From Spirochaetota bacterium (GTDB lineage: Bacteria > Spirochaetota > UBA4802 > JAFGDQ01): DNA of 54,602 bases. Every line of letters starts with the position of its first letter. Position 1 is the stretch's first letter. Below, piece after piece: positions 19,373 to 30,505 of the stretch. The notes under the pieces are model-generated. The model was not told the DNA's origin. It was given only the letters and a program-made list of their open reading frames with translations, and did not search any database. A program made the translations under genes and the position numbers. The stretch lies in contig JAZDKB010000045.1 in assembly GCA_043803405.1 (NCBI GenBank), forward strand, positions 1 to 54,602, in the 5' to 3' direction.

Positions 19373-19577
19373 AAATATTTAATCAACTTACCAAAAAAAA
19401 TCTAATATCTGCATTTAATGTACCAAAAAGATAATAATTAATAAAATTAATTATTTAAAAATATTACTAATTAGTTTATCTATTCCAGCTTGACTTTATT
19501 AATTTAATATCCATTCAATTTACTATAAAAAAATCTTTCTTGTAATAATAATTAATGAATAGATATAGGTTATTCAA

Positions 19578-20048
19578 ATGAAATCACAATTGGTAGAAAA
19601 AAATGACACCATAAAAGAAGACGATACCCTGTTCGGACTTCTCTCCATTTATAAAATATTCAATACATATTTTCGAATATTATTCAATGAAAATTCCAAA
19701 AATCTTATTTTAGAAATTACTGGGAATCCTAAAAAATGGCCAAAAATGACAGAGGATAAATACCAGGGATACAGATTGCTTAAAAGATCCGAATTAGGAC
19801 TGATAAAACTTTCAGTTAAATATATTTCCCCTGAACATTTAATAAACCAGCTAGGTTCTTTACTCGGACTTAAAATACCGGAAAATGAAGTTATTATTTC
19901 AAATAACCTATTGATCAATGGTTTTTATTCAATCGAATTAAAATCAAAATACCTGAAGGATATAATATCGGTAATAGATAAAATTATTGATCTGACTCCG
20001 GCAAAAAAATATGAACTATTAGAAAAATGCTTATCTGAAGATATATGA
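19578..20048 (+). CDS. hypothetical protein
   Basis: 156-aa ORF, first of three co-oriented genes. Confidence 0.7.
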   Translation: MKSQLVEKNDTIKEDDTLFGLLSIYKIFNTYFRILFNENSKNLILEITGNPKKWPKMTEDKYQGYRLLKRSELGLIKLSVKYISPEHLINQLGSLLGLKIPENEVIISNNLLINGFYSIELKSKYLKDIISVIDKIIDLTPAKKYELLEKCLSEDI

Positions 20049-20070
20049 GATATAATAAAAGGATCAATTT

Positions 20071-21123
20071 ATGACTGTTAGCTCTTCCCAGCCGGATTCG
20101 TTCAGCGAAAAATCAAAGTTATTAACTACTGCTCTAAAATACACCAATGGAGATGTAGAAAGGGCAAAGCTGATGGTTTCCGGGCTATATAACGATGTAA
20201 AAATAATTAAAGGAAAATTCGATTTATCATCAAAAACAAACGGAATATTTATAATTTTCCTCAACTTACCGAATAATTATGTCATGCATATTAATTCAAT
20301 TATTTTTCAAAATGAAAACAGTCTTTTAAAAGCCAGTATATTTGACAGTTGGAAAACATTCTGGAGCGACCTGATAGGTTTTGAAGAAAAAGATGGAGAT
20401 AATTTAGTATCATCTATTGAATTCATCAAATATGTTACAGGAGCATTCGATAACGATGACATCTATTCACATTTAGGAAGTGACAATCTTGAAAAGTTAA
20501 CGGAAATGATAAACGGTATTATTGCGAAATTTTATTTAGATTCAAGAGTAAATTGCAAATTAAGCATTGATAGCAGCAACTCTTTAACGCTAGTTCAGGC
20601 AGATATTCCATTAGAAGAGCCGGGCAATGCGGATAACAAAGATAATATAGATAAATTAGATACAGAGTTATCGAAAAAGATTGCAGAGATTGAATCAAAA
20701 GCAGAGCATGTACTCAATGGGAGAATAATTATCTCGCCAATAAAAGGAAAACATATAAGTGATGTTAAGATCGGCGAAAAAATTAAAATATTATTAACAG
20801 GAAATGATAAAATTAATAAACAGGTTGCAAAATCATTAAAAGCTTTATCCGAAGAAAATGAAATATTACCCATTAATATGCGCATTACAGAAAAATTTCC
20901 AATGGAGAAAAAGGGATATTATATTTATGGATTAATTGCAAAAAATATTCTTGTTAGAATTATAGAAGAGGAAGATGTTAAAATCGAAACTGACACAATT
21001 CAAAAAATAGCTAAATCAGCAAAAACCGAAAAAACTAATTCAGATAACAAAACTATTCTATATATAGTATTATTAACAGGCATTCTATTAATTATTTTAA
21101 TTCTAATTTTTATTATTTTGTAA
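20071..21123 (+). CDS. hypothetical protein with C-terminal TM helix
   Basis: 350 aa; AAGGA RBS; hydrophobic C-terminus. Confidence 0.8.
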   Translation: MTVSSSQPDSFSEKSKLLTTALKYTNGDVERAKLMVSGLYNDVKIIKGKFDLSSKTNGIFIIFLNLPNNYVMHINSIIFQNENSLLKASIFDSWKTFWSDLIGFEEKDGDNLVSSIEFIKYVTGAFDNDDIYSHLGSDNLEKLTEMINGIIAKFYLDSRVNCKLSIDSSNSLTLVQADIPLEEPGNADNKDNIDKLDTELSKKIAEIESKAEHVLNGRIIISPIKGKHISDVKIGEKIKILLTGNDKINKQVAKSLKALSEENEILPINMRITEKFPMEKKGYYIYGLIAKNILVRIIEEEDVKIETDTIQKIAKSAKTEKTNSDNKTILYIVLLTGILLIILILIFIIL

Positions 21124-21143
21124 AATTTAAAATACACTATTAA

Positions 21144-22025
21144 ATGAAAAAAGTAATTTTAATAATTACATTCCTTCTTCCCTTTTACTGTCCTTTTTCA
21201 TATGCTCAAATGCCGGATTGGACATTGATAATTGATAAAGACGGGAATAGATTTTATTTCGATCAAAATGGAAAAATATGGACATCGGGAAATCCTGAAT
21301 TTGACTATAAACCAGTATCTATAGAAGGACTTGATTATTATTTAAACCAGGGCATTGAATTAATAAAGAGTCACTATAAAAAGAACGGATTGGCATTGCT
21401 GAAATCCATTTTAGCCTTACCTGAGAAAAATGAAATCGTTTATAATGCCCAAATAAAAGCTTCCAGAGAAATAGACAGACTTCTAAAGACCGAAGGAACC
21501 AGGTTTGAAAAACTAAATAAAGACGCTTCGCTTTTACTTTATAAAGAAAATAATTCGGTTATTCTGATTAATGATAATATGTTATATTCTATTAAAACTC
21601 CTCTGTCTATAAAAATAATATCCAATAGAGTAAGATCAAATTTGAATTATAATTATTCGGGTTTGCTCCTGGGTATCAGATTAAATAAAGAATCCACTGA
21701 AACTAGAAACGGATTTACCAAATATGATCTTTTAATTGCAATTGATAGTGAAAGATTACCTTACAAAATAAAAGATGTTAAACATATAGAAACAACCTGG
21801 AGAAAAAGACTGGGGCATGACACTTTTAAACGTATAGCGGTTAATAAAAACGACAACGAAATAGTTAATAGTTATAAAGATACTTATGTTCCAAATTACT
21901 CGGGATTCGAATGTTTTTACATAAAAAATAATTACGGATATTACTTAAAAACAATTACAGGCGGAGAAATTTTCGAAAAACATAAAAAAGAAATAACAGA
22001 AATAGTTTATAGTTTTAAAATTTAA
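21144..22025 (+). CDS. hypothetical exported protein
   Basis: 293 aa with a signal peptide (MKKVIL...SYA). Confidence 0.8.
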   Translation: MKKVILIITFLLPFYCPFSYAQMPDWTLIIDKDGNRFYFDQNGKIWTSGNPEFDYKPVSIEGLDYYLNQGIELIKSHYKKNGLALLKSILALPEKNEIVYNAQIKASREIDRLLKTEGTRFEKLNKDASLLLYKENNSVILINDNMLYSIKTPLSIKIISNRVRSNLNYNYSGLLLGIRLNKESTETRNGFTKYDLLIAIDSERLPYKIKDVKHIETTWRKRLGHDTFKRIAVNKNDNEIVNSYKDTYVPNYSGFECFYIKNNYGYYLKTITGGEIFEKHKKEITEIVYSFKI

Positions 22026-22069
22026 AAAAAATATTTTTTTTATTAATTCAATACACCAATAACAGTGAG

Positions 22070-22915
22070 TTACATAAGCTTTGTTCTCATTTCTCTTGAG
22101 AAATTCCCTTCCATAACGGCTGATACATGGCCTATCATCTGAATATGTCCGCTCTCATCTATTTCTATTTCGAGATAACCACCCTGCATATTTACACGAA
22201 TCTTTTTATCGACCAATCCTAATTTATTAGCTGCACACGCTGCAGCACAGCTGGAACTTCCAGATGCAAGAGTGTAACCTGCACCACGTTCCCATATTTC
22301 TATATTTATGTTTTGCCTGTCTATTATCTTTAAAAGTTGCACGTTAATTCTATTCGGGAAAATAACATTATTTTCAATCAGAGGACCTATTTCCCGTGCT
22401 TTCTCTTCAGATATATCATTAAGTAAAATAACGCAATGAGGATTTCCGATTGAGAGACAAGTGATATTATATGAATTACCTTTGACAAGCAGCGGTTCAT
22501 TGATTATTTCGCGTACTTTGCCGCTTACAGGGATCTCATTACTTTTAAAAGTAACAGTGCCCATATCAATCTTAATCAATACAGGTTCATAACTTAAAAT
22601 TTCAACTTTGACTTCACCGCCGATTGTACTTACTAAAAACACCTTATTTGAAATATAACCGGCATCTATTAAATATTTGGAAAATATTCTTAAACCATTT
22701 CCGCTTTTTTCCGCTTCGCTACCGTCCGGATTGAATATTCGTAAATTAATTTTAGTATCATTGAATATAGGACCATATAGTATCCCATCCGAACCTATAC
22801 CGAAATTCCGATGGCAAATCAACTTAATATTATCTTTGCTTAGATTAATGTTAATTTTTTGCGGATCCAGTACGATATAGTCATTTCCTAAAGCATGATA
22901 TTTATAGAAATCCAT
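22070..22915 (-). CDS. dapF: diaminopimelate epimerase
   Basis: KYHALGNDY, GIGSDG, NPDGSEAEKSGNG, GNPH and WERGAGYTLASGS motifs (Ser at both catalytic Cys positions). Confidence 0.9.
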   Translation of the reverse strand: MDFYKYHALGNDYIVLDPQKININLSKDNIKLICHRNFGIGSDGILYGPIFNDTKINLRIFNPDGSEAEKSGNGLRIFSKYLIDAGYISNKVFLVSTIGGEVKVEILSYEPVLIKIDMGTVTFKSNEIPVSGKVREIINEPLLVKGNSYNITCLSIGNPHCVILLNDISEEKAREIGPLIENNVIFPNRINVQLLKIIDRQNINIEIWERGAGYTLASGSSSCAAACAANKLGLVDKKIRVNMQGGYLEIEIDESGHIQMIGHVSAVMEGNFSREMRTKLM

Positions 22916-22929
22916 ATAGTTTTATTGTC

Positions 22930-23352
22930 TCAGATTTTGTCAATGTCATCGAAAAAATTATTATTATCACTTTCTGTTTTTAAATTCGAATCATCAACCG
23001 GATGTTTGGTAATCATTTTGCTTTTTGCCCTGACTCCAAGGAATTCGACATTAAAACTTTCAACAAATTTTTCAATTTGATGTTCATCATCTAAAAATTT
23101 TACAGCCACTTCCCTTCCTTCAATCCTAATTATCTCACCTGTTAAAATTATCTTTTTCGAATGAAAAGGCAATTTTATTTGCAGCATATCACCTTTTTCA
23201 AGGATCGATGTACGAAGGAAGCACATTCCGCCGGCGCTGATATTGATCACATCCGCATGATACACGCTGCCTCCATTGATTATTTTATAATCAATGGAAA
23301 AACTGTTAGTTTTCAATCTATCAAAAAATCTTTTATCTGGAGTATTTCTCAT
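22930..23352 (-). CDS. PilZ domain protein
   Basis: KRFFDR (RxxxR) and NISAGG motifs. Confidence 0.85.
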   Translation of the reverse strand: MRNTPDKRFFDRLKTNSFSIDYKIINGGSVYHADVINISAGGMCFLRTSILEKGDMLQIKLPFHSKKIILTGEIIRIEGREVAVKFLDDEHQIEKFVESFNVEFLGVRAKSKMITKHPVDDSNLKTESDNNNFFDDIDKI

Positions 23353-23369
23353 AATTAGTAACTAAATAT

Positions 23370-23837
23370 TTATTTAGGCATAGAAAATAATAAGGCGGTT
23401 TCGCCACAATTATGCTGATTTTCGCACTTTTTACAATCCTTCCATATTTTTTCCGGCAAAGAATCCTTAATCACTTCAATAAATCCTGATTTTTTAAAAA
23501 ACAACGGATGGTATGACAGAGCAAAAATTTTAGCCTTCGGAAAATCAGTTAATAATGAATTTATTAGTTTATTTAACAATGCAGAGCCTATCCCCTTTTT
23601 GTAATATTCTTTTTTTACTGCCAGAGACCTGACTTCTATTAGTTTGTCGCTATAATGATAATAAGATATTACCCCTGCAATATTATTTTTTATATCAGCT
23701 ATAAAAAATTTATCAATATTTTTTTTTATATCAACTCTTGTTCTCTCAATAATTGTGCCTTCCACGGAATATGTTATTAATATTGAATAAATATTATCGG
23801 TGTCTGAAACATTTGCCTGTCTAATTGTTAATTTCAT
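23370..23837 (-). CDS. short ArgA-like GNAT N-acetyltransferase
   Basis: EVRSLAV, GIGSAL and LPEKIWKDCKKC...C.E motifs. Confidence 0.85.
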   Translation of the reverse strand: MKLTIRQANVSDTDNIYSILITYSVEGTIIERTRVDIKKNIDKFFIADIKNNIAGVISYYHYSDKLIEVRSLAVKKEYYKKGIGSALLNKLINSLLTDFPKAKIFALSYHPLFFKKSGFIEVIKDSLPEKIWKDCKKCENQHNCGETALLFSMPK

Positions 23838-24241
23838 ATTTTTTTAACGTTGATATTATAAATCGTTTAAATATATTAATCCTTCAGAATGAGCCATAGT
23901 TTCTATGAAATCTATAATTCGAACTAAATCCGGGATTTCCCGTATATTCGAGATGACATGTTAAAAAAATTCTTTAAACATCCTAATGCAAATAATTATA
24001 CCTTTCCTTTTATGCTTGGATATATTCAGTGACTTTATTCATTAAAACAGTCAAGATAAAAAAATTGCAAACTCAATGATTGACTATTTAAGTCAGAATT
24101 GAAATCGTTCAAAAAAAGTAATAATTATTTTAAAAACGGGCTGATTGTAAAACAAAGAATTTTATTTGCAATTTATTTTGCAAAATTTAAAATTTTAGAA
24201 TGGATTTTATTTTTCTTTTAACGAGGATAAGTAATCTGTTT

Positions 24242-24814
24242 TTATCTCTTGACAATTACAGCGTTACTTTTAATTGAATATGTCTTAACTTGTTTAAAAG
24301 CTTTAAAGGCGTCTTCCTGATTCCTGTATGGTCCAACAAATATCCTGTAGTTGCCATTATCCTTTGACAATATAACCGTATGGCCATGGCTGCTAATGGT
24401 GCCGGCTATCTCCTGAGATTCGGTTCTGTTATATTGATTTCCGATTTTAATTATATATGGGAAGTCTTCTTTGGCGAATAATTTTTTTTCGTCTGAGGAT
24501 GCATTAGCTTTAGTTTCAGGCGCATCTTTTATTAGATTTGAAACTTTTTGACCGATACCTGATACGGCTTCTTTTGTTTGCTGATCTACCAACTGCTTAT
24601 TTGTCCCTGAAGCAAATTTGATCCCAACGACAAGTCCGCTTGTAAAAGATATGATACATAATGCTATTATTAAAGATAATATCCTGCTGGCTCTTTTCAT
24701 GCTTTTATGTTCGTCTTTTACATTAATCTTGGCAAAATATTCCGGATCTTCCCTGCTGAATTGAGGCGGGATATCTCTCATTATTTTTCCTGAGTAAAAG
24801 TCTAAGTTCTGCAT
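24242..24814 (-). CDS. SPOR domain membrane protein
   Basis: Single TM helix; C-terminal YRIFVGPY. Confidence 0.8.
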   Translation of the reverse strand: MQNLDFYSGKIMRDIPPQFSREDPEYFAKINVKDEHKSMKRASRILSLIIALCIISFTSGLVVGIKFASGTNKQLVDQQTKEAVSGIGQKVSNLIKDAPETKANASSDEKKLFAKEDFPYIIKIGNQYNRTESQEIAGTISSHGHTVILSKDNGNYRIFVGPYRNQEDAFKAFKQVKTYSIKSNAVIVKR

Positions 24815-24944
24815 AAATTCTCTATTTATTAATGTCTTATTAATTTCGCAATTATGCGACTAGTTTAGGGACAAAGCTATTATGATTTTTTCAAGATTCC
24901 CTTTTATATTCGACAATAAATAGAAATACTATTAGATTAAAATC

Positions 24945-25673
24945 TTAAAGACCAACAGCCTTATGTAATTTTTTTATTTCATCCTCCTTTAATAACCTGT
25001 AAGAACCTGAGTATAAATTTCTTAATTTTATTGGACCAAAAGCAATTCTTTTCAGTTTTTTAACTTTATATGAGAACTTGCCGAAAGTTAATCTTATATG
25101 ACGTTTTTTCCCTTCAGATATAATAACTTTTATTACTTTCTTCTCATAGTCAATTGGCTCTATTTTAGAAGGATTTGTTCTCTCCCCATACAGATACACA
25201 CCCTTCTCGATCTTTAGTCTGTCTTCTTCGCCCAAAGACTTATTAAGTTCTACAATATATTCCTTTTTTATTCCGAATTTAGGATGCGTTAATCTATAAG
25301 CTAAATCACCGTGATTTGTCAGAAGCAACAGTCCTTCCGAGTCCTTATCCAGCCTGCCTACAGGGCTTACCATCGCTTTTTTAAATCTTTCAGGTATTAG
25401 ATCCATTACAATAGGCCTTTTATGTTCATCCTCAAGTGAAGTAATATAGCCCTTTGGCTTATTCAAAATAATAACATACTTTTTAGAAAATGAGTTCAAT
25501 ACAATACTGTTTACTTCAACTTTATCGTTTTCAGTATCTATCAAAGACGATAATGAATGCACTGGAATACCGTTTATTTTAACTTTATTCTTCAGAATAT
25601 ATTCTTCCACTTTTCTTCGAGATCCCAGACCACACAATGATAAATATTTGTTAATTCGTATTTTAGTGCTCAT
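24945..25673 (-). CDS. rluB: rRNA pseudouridine synthase (RluB/RsuA family)
   Basis: S4 domain RINKYL..CGLGSRR; LNKPKG, VGRLDKDSEGLLLLTN and EGKKRHIR motifs. Confidence 0.85.
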   Translation of the reverse strand: MSTKIRINKYLSLCGLGSRRKVEEYILKNKVKINGIPVHSLSSLIDTENDKVEVNSIVLNSFSKKYVIILNKPKGYITSLEDEHKRPIVMDLIPERFKKAMVSPVGRLDKDSEGLLLLTNHGDLAYRLTHPKFGIKKEYIVELNKSLGEEDRLKIEKGVYLYGERTNPSKIEPIDYEKKVIKVIISEGKKRHIRLTFGKFSYKVKKLKRIAFGPIKLRNLYSGSYRLLKEDEIKKLHKAVGL

Positions 25674-26414
25674 TTATGCTCCGGACTTATTTTCTTTTTT
25701 TTCTTCATCGGATACACTATCAATTTTAGATGATATTTTCTTAAACTTGATTCCCTTATCCTTAACAGACCTTTTTAATACAAATCTATTCCCGTTTACA
25801 TAACAAGTTATTTTATTGCCGAAGAATGTTCCGTTTTTAAATATAATTTCAGCTTCCTTATAATTGACAACATATTCTCCTTCAATAGGTGCAGATTCAG
25901 CCCGGTACGATTTATATTTACCATCATCAAAAATATACAGGCTTTGATATGGCGACTCTCCGTTGTCAAAAGATCCCCATTTACCGGCAATTTTTTTTCT
26001 GAAATTCAATGACTCCTCTGCCCAGAATTGTGTCAGATATCTCTTTATTTCATATATTTTATCCGCAGAAAAAATTTTAATATTGGCTCCATATACCCAT
26101 CCGGTTAATCCACGCGAAAAACGAACATTATACCAATAGTCTTCGTTGTTACTTATTTTCTCTTTTACATCGGATTTGGAAATTATCAGAAGAATTTCAC
26201 CTTTATTTAAATAAGTAATAACCGATGAATAAATAATCGGATCAACTCTCATTATTGTTTTATCGACAAAAACAATCCCGATTTTATCGGATGTTTTATT
26301 ATTATGTTTTGACGTTTTTTTTCCTTCACACGCAATAATAGAAAAAAAAATGCAGAAAGTAATAAAAAGTGATATAATTGTTCTATTGAATTTTCCCATA
26401 TTCTTTAAAAACAT
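25674..26414 (-). CDS. SH3-domain lipoprotein
   Basis: Lipobox-like IIAC; YWYNV...GWVYG SH3b pattern. Confidence 0.75.
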   Translation of the reverse strand: MFLKNMGKFNRTIISLFITFCIFFSIIACEGKKTSKHNNKTSDKIGIVFVDKTIMRVDPIIYSSVITYLNKGEILLIISKSDVKEKISNNEDYWYNVRFSRGLTGWVYGANIKIFSADKIYEIKRYLTQFWAEESLNFRKKIAGKWGSFDNGESPYQSLYIFDDGKYKSYRAESAPIEGEYVVNYKEAEIIFKNGTFFGNKITCYVNGNRFVLKRSVKDKGIKFKKISSKIDSVSDEEKKENKSGA

Positions 26415-26584
26415 AATTTCCTCGATAATAATTATATAAAATTATATTTTAAAAAAGACTATACACAGTCAACTAAGTTTTAAATTTATACTATCTAGGC
26501 GAGATAACTGAAAATATATTCTTAGTGAATAGCAGATTTTTGGCACTGCAGGCAGGAAAAATCCGGTGATTTAATCACCTAAAC

Positions 26585-27814
26585 ATGAATTATTCATTAA
26601 AAAGAAATAAATCGATAAGGCATATTTTGAGACGAAAAATTTTTTTGTTAATAATTCTTTTTATATTTATACCGGCGATGCTTTCATCATCATCAGCTAC
26701 CGGGAAAACATTAAAGATAATAGGATTTAACAATAATAGTTATATATCGATGTATGAGTTTACTCATGCAATGGCGATACATAATTCTTTTGATATAATT
26801 ACCGGAAAAGGGAAACTCGTTCATAGAGGCGCAATTGCAGTTTATCAGGCCGACCTTTCTGTAATGCTAATTAATAACAAACTAATTAAATCACATTATT
26901 CTGTAATAAGAAATCAAGGGGAAATTTTACTTCCATTAAAATTTTTTGAGATAGTAATAGAAGAATTTTATCCGGATTATCTTCAAAAAAAAGAGAGTAA
27001 CCTAATTTATTTAAATAAAAGAAACGAAAGCGAGTTTATAACATCAAAAATACCGGAAAAGAAAAAGAAAGCTGAAGAACGAGTGAGTTCAGATAGCGAT
27101 AAAATTAGTTTTATTATTATAGACCCCGGGCATGGAGGAAAAGACCCTGGCGCAATCGGTAAAGGCGGATTGAAAGAAAAATGGATTACATTAAAAATTG
27201 CCGCACAGGTGGAGGAATATTTAAAAACAAAATTAAAAAAAGTATCTATCCGATCTACAAGAAAATCTGATAAATTCATTGAACTCTCGGAAAGAACTAA
27301 TATAGCCAACAGAATGCTAAAAAAAAATATAAACGGAATTTTTATCAGCATACATGTAAATGCATCAATATTGCATAGCGTATCGGGATTTGAAACGTAT
27401 TTTTTATCCCAAAATCCTTCTAACGAAGAAGCAAGAGCAACTGCGGCTTTGGAAAATAATGTTATAATATTTGAAGAAAATTTAAAACGAAAATCCTATA
27501 ATGATGTTCAACACGTTGAAGCAATTATGCTGACTACACAAATACAAAAAGAAAGCTCAATTCTTGCGAATTCCATCCAGGGAAACATGAAAAAAGATAT
27601 CAGGGAATCAAGTTCAAAGGGAGTAAAAAAAGCGGATTTTTTTGTACTAAGGGATTCTTTAATGCCTGCAGTACTTGTTGAAGTAGGTTATATTTCGAAT
27701 CAAAAAGAAGCCGCTAATTTAAAAAAAACAAATTACCAGCAAAAAATTGCCGAAGGAATCGGCAATGGAATAATAGAATTCATAAAGGAATATAATAAAA
27801 ATATTAAAAAGTAG
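26585..27814 (+). CDS. N-acetylmuramoyl-L-alanine amidase (Amidase_3)
   Basis: IDPGHGGKDPGA, EK, FISIHVNA and PAVLVEVGY motifs. Confidence 0.93.
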   Translation: MNYSLKRNKSIRHILRRKIFLLIILFIFIPAMLSSSSATGKTLKIIGFNNNSYISMYEFTHAMAIHNSFDIITGKGKLVHRGAIAVYQADLSVMLINNKLIKSHYSVIRNQGEILLPLKFFEIVIEEFYPDYLQKKESNLIYLNKRNESEFITSKIPEKKKKAEERVSSDSDKISFIIIDPGHGGKDPGAIGKGGLKEKWITLKIAAQVEEYLKTKLKKVSIRSTRKSDKFIELSERTNIANRMLKKNINGIFISIHVNASILHSVSGFETYFLSQNPSNEEARATAALENNVIIFEENLKRKSYNDVQHVEAIMLTTQIQKESSILANSIQGNMKKDIRESSSKGVKKADFFVLRDSLMPAVLVEVGYISNQKEAANLKKTNYQQKIAEGIGNGIIEFIKEYNKNIKK

Positions 27815-27945
27815 ATGACTTTTTTATGAGACGCGTTATTTATTTTCCGTTATAATGTTGAAAATAAATTTCCTTATATTGTAGAAAAAAAATCCAATTA
27901 TTTGCCCGGAAAGGCAAAACTCAATTGTAGCGGAGAAAACAAAAT

Positions 27946-28557
27946 ATGCTGAATATAACTGCAAACATGATGAAGCAAAAATTAAAAGAATATTATTATT
28001 ACTTTAAAGATAAAATAATTAAATATAATAATAAAATAAAATCGGAAATACCTGAAAGGAACCGGTTTATAATGTTATCCTTAACATTTTTATTATTATT
28101 CGACTATTTACTCTTTTGTTATATTTCCGCACGTAATCCGTTTAATATCTTTCCGGCAATACCCTTGTTACAGGATATTAAATCAATTAACATATATCTC
28201 CCCGATATTGACGGAGAAAAAATACTAAAAGAAGCCAGGGAAATAACTGTACATAATGATAAAAAAGGATATGCCATGCAGCTAATTACTATGGTTGCAA
28301 GCGGTTCTAATGTGGATAATACATCAGAAGTAATCCCCATATCTATTTTTATCAGACATATCTGGTTTTATCAGGACGCATGCATAGTTGATATTGTTCC
28401 GTCCTTTGCAGAAAAAACAAAAAAAATATTACCGAATTCCTATAAAACATTTGAAGAATGTATAATTAAAACAATAACTGAAAATATACTATCAGTTAAA
28501 TATGTTATGCTCCTAAACAGAGGCATTCCTGAAAGATCAATGTGGGGCTATCAATAA
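27946..28557 (+). CDS. hypothetical membrane-anchored protein, possibly GerMN-like
   Basis: N-terminal TM helix; CIIKTITENI..VK.V C-terminus; downstream of the amidase. Confidence 0.6.
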   Translation: MLNITANMMKQKLKEYYYYFKDKIIKYNNKIKSEIPERNRFIMLSLTFLLLFDYLLFCYISARNPFNIFPAIPLLQDIKSINIYLPDIDGEKILKEAREITVHNDKKGYAMQLITMVASGSNVDNTSEVIPISIFIRHIWFYQDACIVDIVPSFAEKTKKILPNSYKTFEECIIKTITENILSVKYVMLLNRGIPERSMWGYQ

Positions 28558-28584
28558 ATATATTATTATTACGATAATATTATT

Positions 28585-29412
28585 ATGAAAGTCTATATTG
28601 CAATCGCCATTTCCATTCTCCTTCTGTTAGGTTCTCTTTGTTCATATTTGCTTTTAGAGTTTAATAAAAATGAAGCCGATGAGATAATCGTGAAGGAAAT
28701 CCAATGGAAAAAGAAGGAGAAGGAATCGGATTCAAGACCATTCTCAATTCCAATTCTTTTATATCACGATATTGACGGGAAGGGAGTATATTCTCTTACA
28801 AAAGACAACATAAGGACTCACTTCCAGTTTTTAAAAGACAATAATATAAAGGTAATAAAATTGTCCGAATTAATTTCCCGCCTTGAGAATCCGGTTCCGT
28901 TTAACGATAAGGTTATAGTAATTTCATTCGATGACGGATTTCTGTCAATGTTTACAAAGCTATTGCCGCTGGTAAAGGAATTCGGTTATCCGATTACCTT
29001 ATTTGTTTATACGAACAATATTTACTTGAAAGCCAATAATAATATTACCTGGTCCCATTTACGGAGAATGGAGGAAGTTGGAATTGACGTTGAATGTCAT
29101 TCTATGAGCCACATTGACATGGAAGAATTATCTTCCGGGAACAGCCCAGGTATACAAAAAAAACTATTTGATGAAATATATCTTTCAAAAAGAATAATAG
29201 AACTTTACATGAATAAACAGGTTAACTATTTTGCTTTCCCATACGGTCGTTATAATTTAAAATTAATTGACTTATGCAGGTTTTCGGGCTATAAAAGAGC
29301 GTTCTCAACTGCTTATAGATCGAATATAATTACAAGGGATAATTACTGTCTTGGCCGGGGGCATATTAAAAACAACTATTCTCTTGATTTTATAGAGGAG
29401 ATCATTAAATAA
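28585..29412 (+). CDS. polysaccharide deacetylase
   Basis: PILLYH, ISFDDG, HSMSH and FAFPYG motifs. Confidence 0.92.
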   Translation: MKVYIAIAISILLLLGSLCSYLLLEFNKNEADEIIVKEIQWKKKEKESDSRPFSIPILLYHDIDGKGVYSLTKDNIRTHFQFLKDNNIKVIKLSELISRLENPVPFNDKVIVISFDDGFLSMFTKLLPLVKEFGYPITLFVYTNNIYLKANNNITWSHLRRMEEVGIDVECHSMSHIDMEELSSGNSPGIQKKLFDEIYLSKRIIELYMNKQVNYFAFPYGRYNLKLIDLCRFSGYKRAFSTAYRSNIITRDNYCLGRGHIKNNYSLDFIEEIIK

Positions 29413-29627
29413 TAAATTTCAATATTCGCACATGAATACAGCACAATCTTATTTTTTTTGTCGCCATTCATGATATTTTTATATAAACCATGATTATTGA
29501 CTGATTAATAAATTTTTTCTGTCTTGTCGTCGTGAAATAATTAAATTTATGTTGACAAAATAAAAAAACCTTACGAGAAACTAACATTAACAACAATAAA
29601 TAAAAAATAGTTTTATATAATATATTA

Positions 29628-30356
29628 ATGAAAAAATTATCTATCCTTATCTTTCTTCTGCTTTTATATTCAAACCTGGCAGCTCAACAGCATGTTTATT
29701 TAGATAATGAAAATATTCAGGAATATAAAGGGAAATTGGGGAAATGGTTTCTTTTTGAATCCAGAAACTCAATGATATCTTTAATTAAAAAATTTTCATG
29801 CAGCATTGACGATGTTTACACTCTTAATAAAATAGGCTCCCATTTTATTAAAAATTTCTATTTCATTCCCTATTCATCTGATTATATAAAGGAACTGGAG
29901 AAGAAGAATATTTTTAGAAAAAGCATTATAAGTAATGATGAAGAATTTATTTGGCCTCTTGAAGAAGTACTTGAAACCAGCTCCGTATTGGGATTCAGAT
30001 ATGGCAAGTTCCATCCCGGCATGGATTTACCCGCATTCGGAGGGTCGCCGATAGTTGCATCTATGGAAGGGCTTGTCATTGAAAGCGGATATGCGGACGG
30101 ATATGGAAAAGCAATAATTATTGCTCATCGAAATAATTTCACAACCAAATATGCTCATAATTATATGAACTTCGTAAAAAAAGGCGAATTTGTTAAAAAG
30201 GGACAAATTATAGGACTAGTTGGCAGTACCGGTATTTCCACCGGGAATCATATTCATTTTGAAATAAGGTGCCAGGATATTCCAATGGATCCTCTGGATT
30301 TTCTTCCTCAAAAAAATGATTTACATATCATACATGCACTTAAAAACTGGAAATAA
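29628..30356 (+). CDS. M23 family metallopeptidase
   Basis: HPGMD, YAH and GSTGISTGNHIHFE motifs. Confidence 0.93.
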   Translation: MKKLSILIFLLLLYSNLAAQQHVYLDNENIQEYKGKLGKWFLFESRNSMISLIKKFSCSIDDVYTLNKIGSHFIKNFYFIPYSSDYIKELEKKNIFRKSIISNDEEFIWPLEEVLETSSVLGFRYGKFHPGMDLPAFGGSPIVASMEGLVIESGYADGYGKAIIIAHRNNFTTKYAHNYMNFVKKGEFVKKGQIIGLVGSTGISTGNHIHFEIRCQDIPMDPLDFLPQKNDLHIIHALKNWK

Positions 30357-30505
30357 ATCGTCAATCCGGTTAAGTAATTATTAATATTAATCGTAAATTT
30401 ACTCCCAGTAAATATCTTTATTTATTATTTATCGCTCGAATCCTGGATAAGAACTTATAATTTTTTTAGTATTTAAAAAATCAACGGGATTAACAAATAT
30501 TTTTT

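Noticed and set aside
23855..24045. Possible minus-strand pseudogene fragment (...IREIPDLVRIIDFIETMAHSEG...)
   Set aside because: Multiple stops, a frameshift and no recognisable family; may be chance.
27901..27920. c-di-GMP-I riboswitch (GGCAAA/GAAA words)
   Set aside because: Only a short TTTGCC/GGCAAA hairpin; the second stem and correct motif order are absent.
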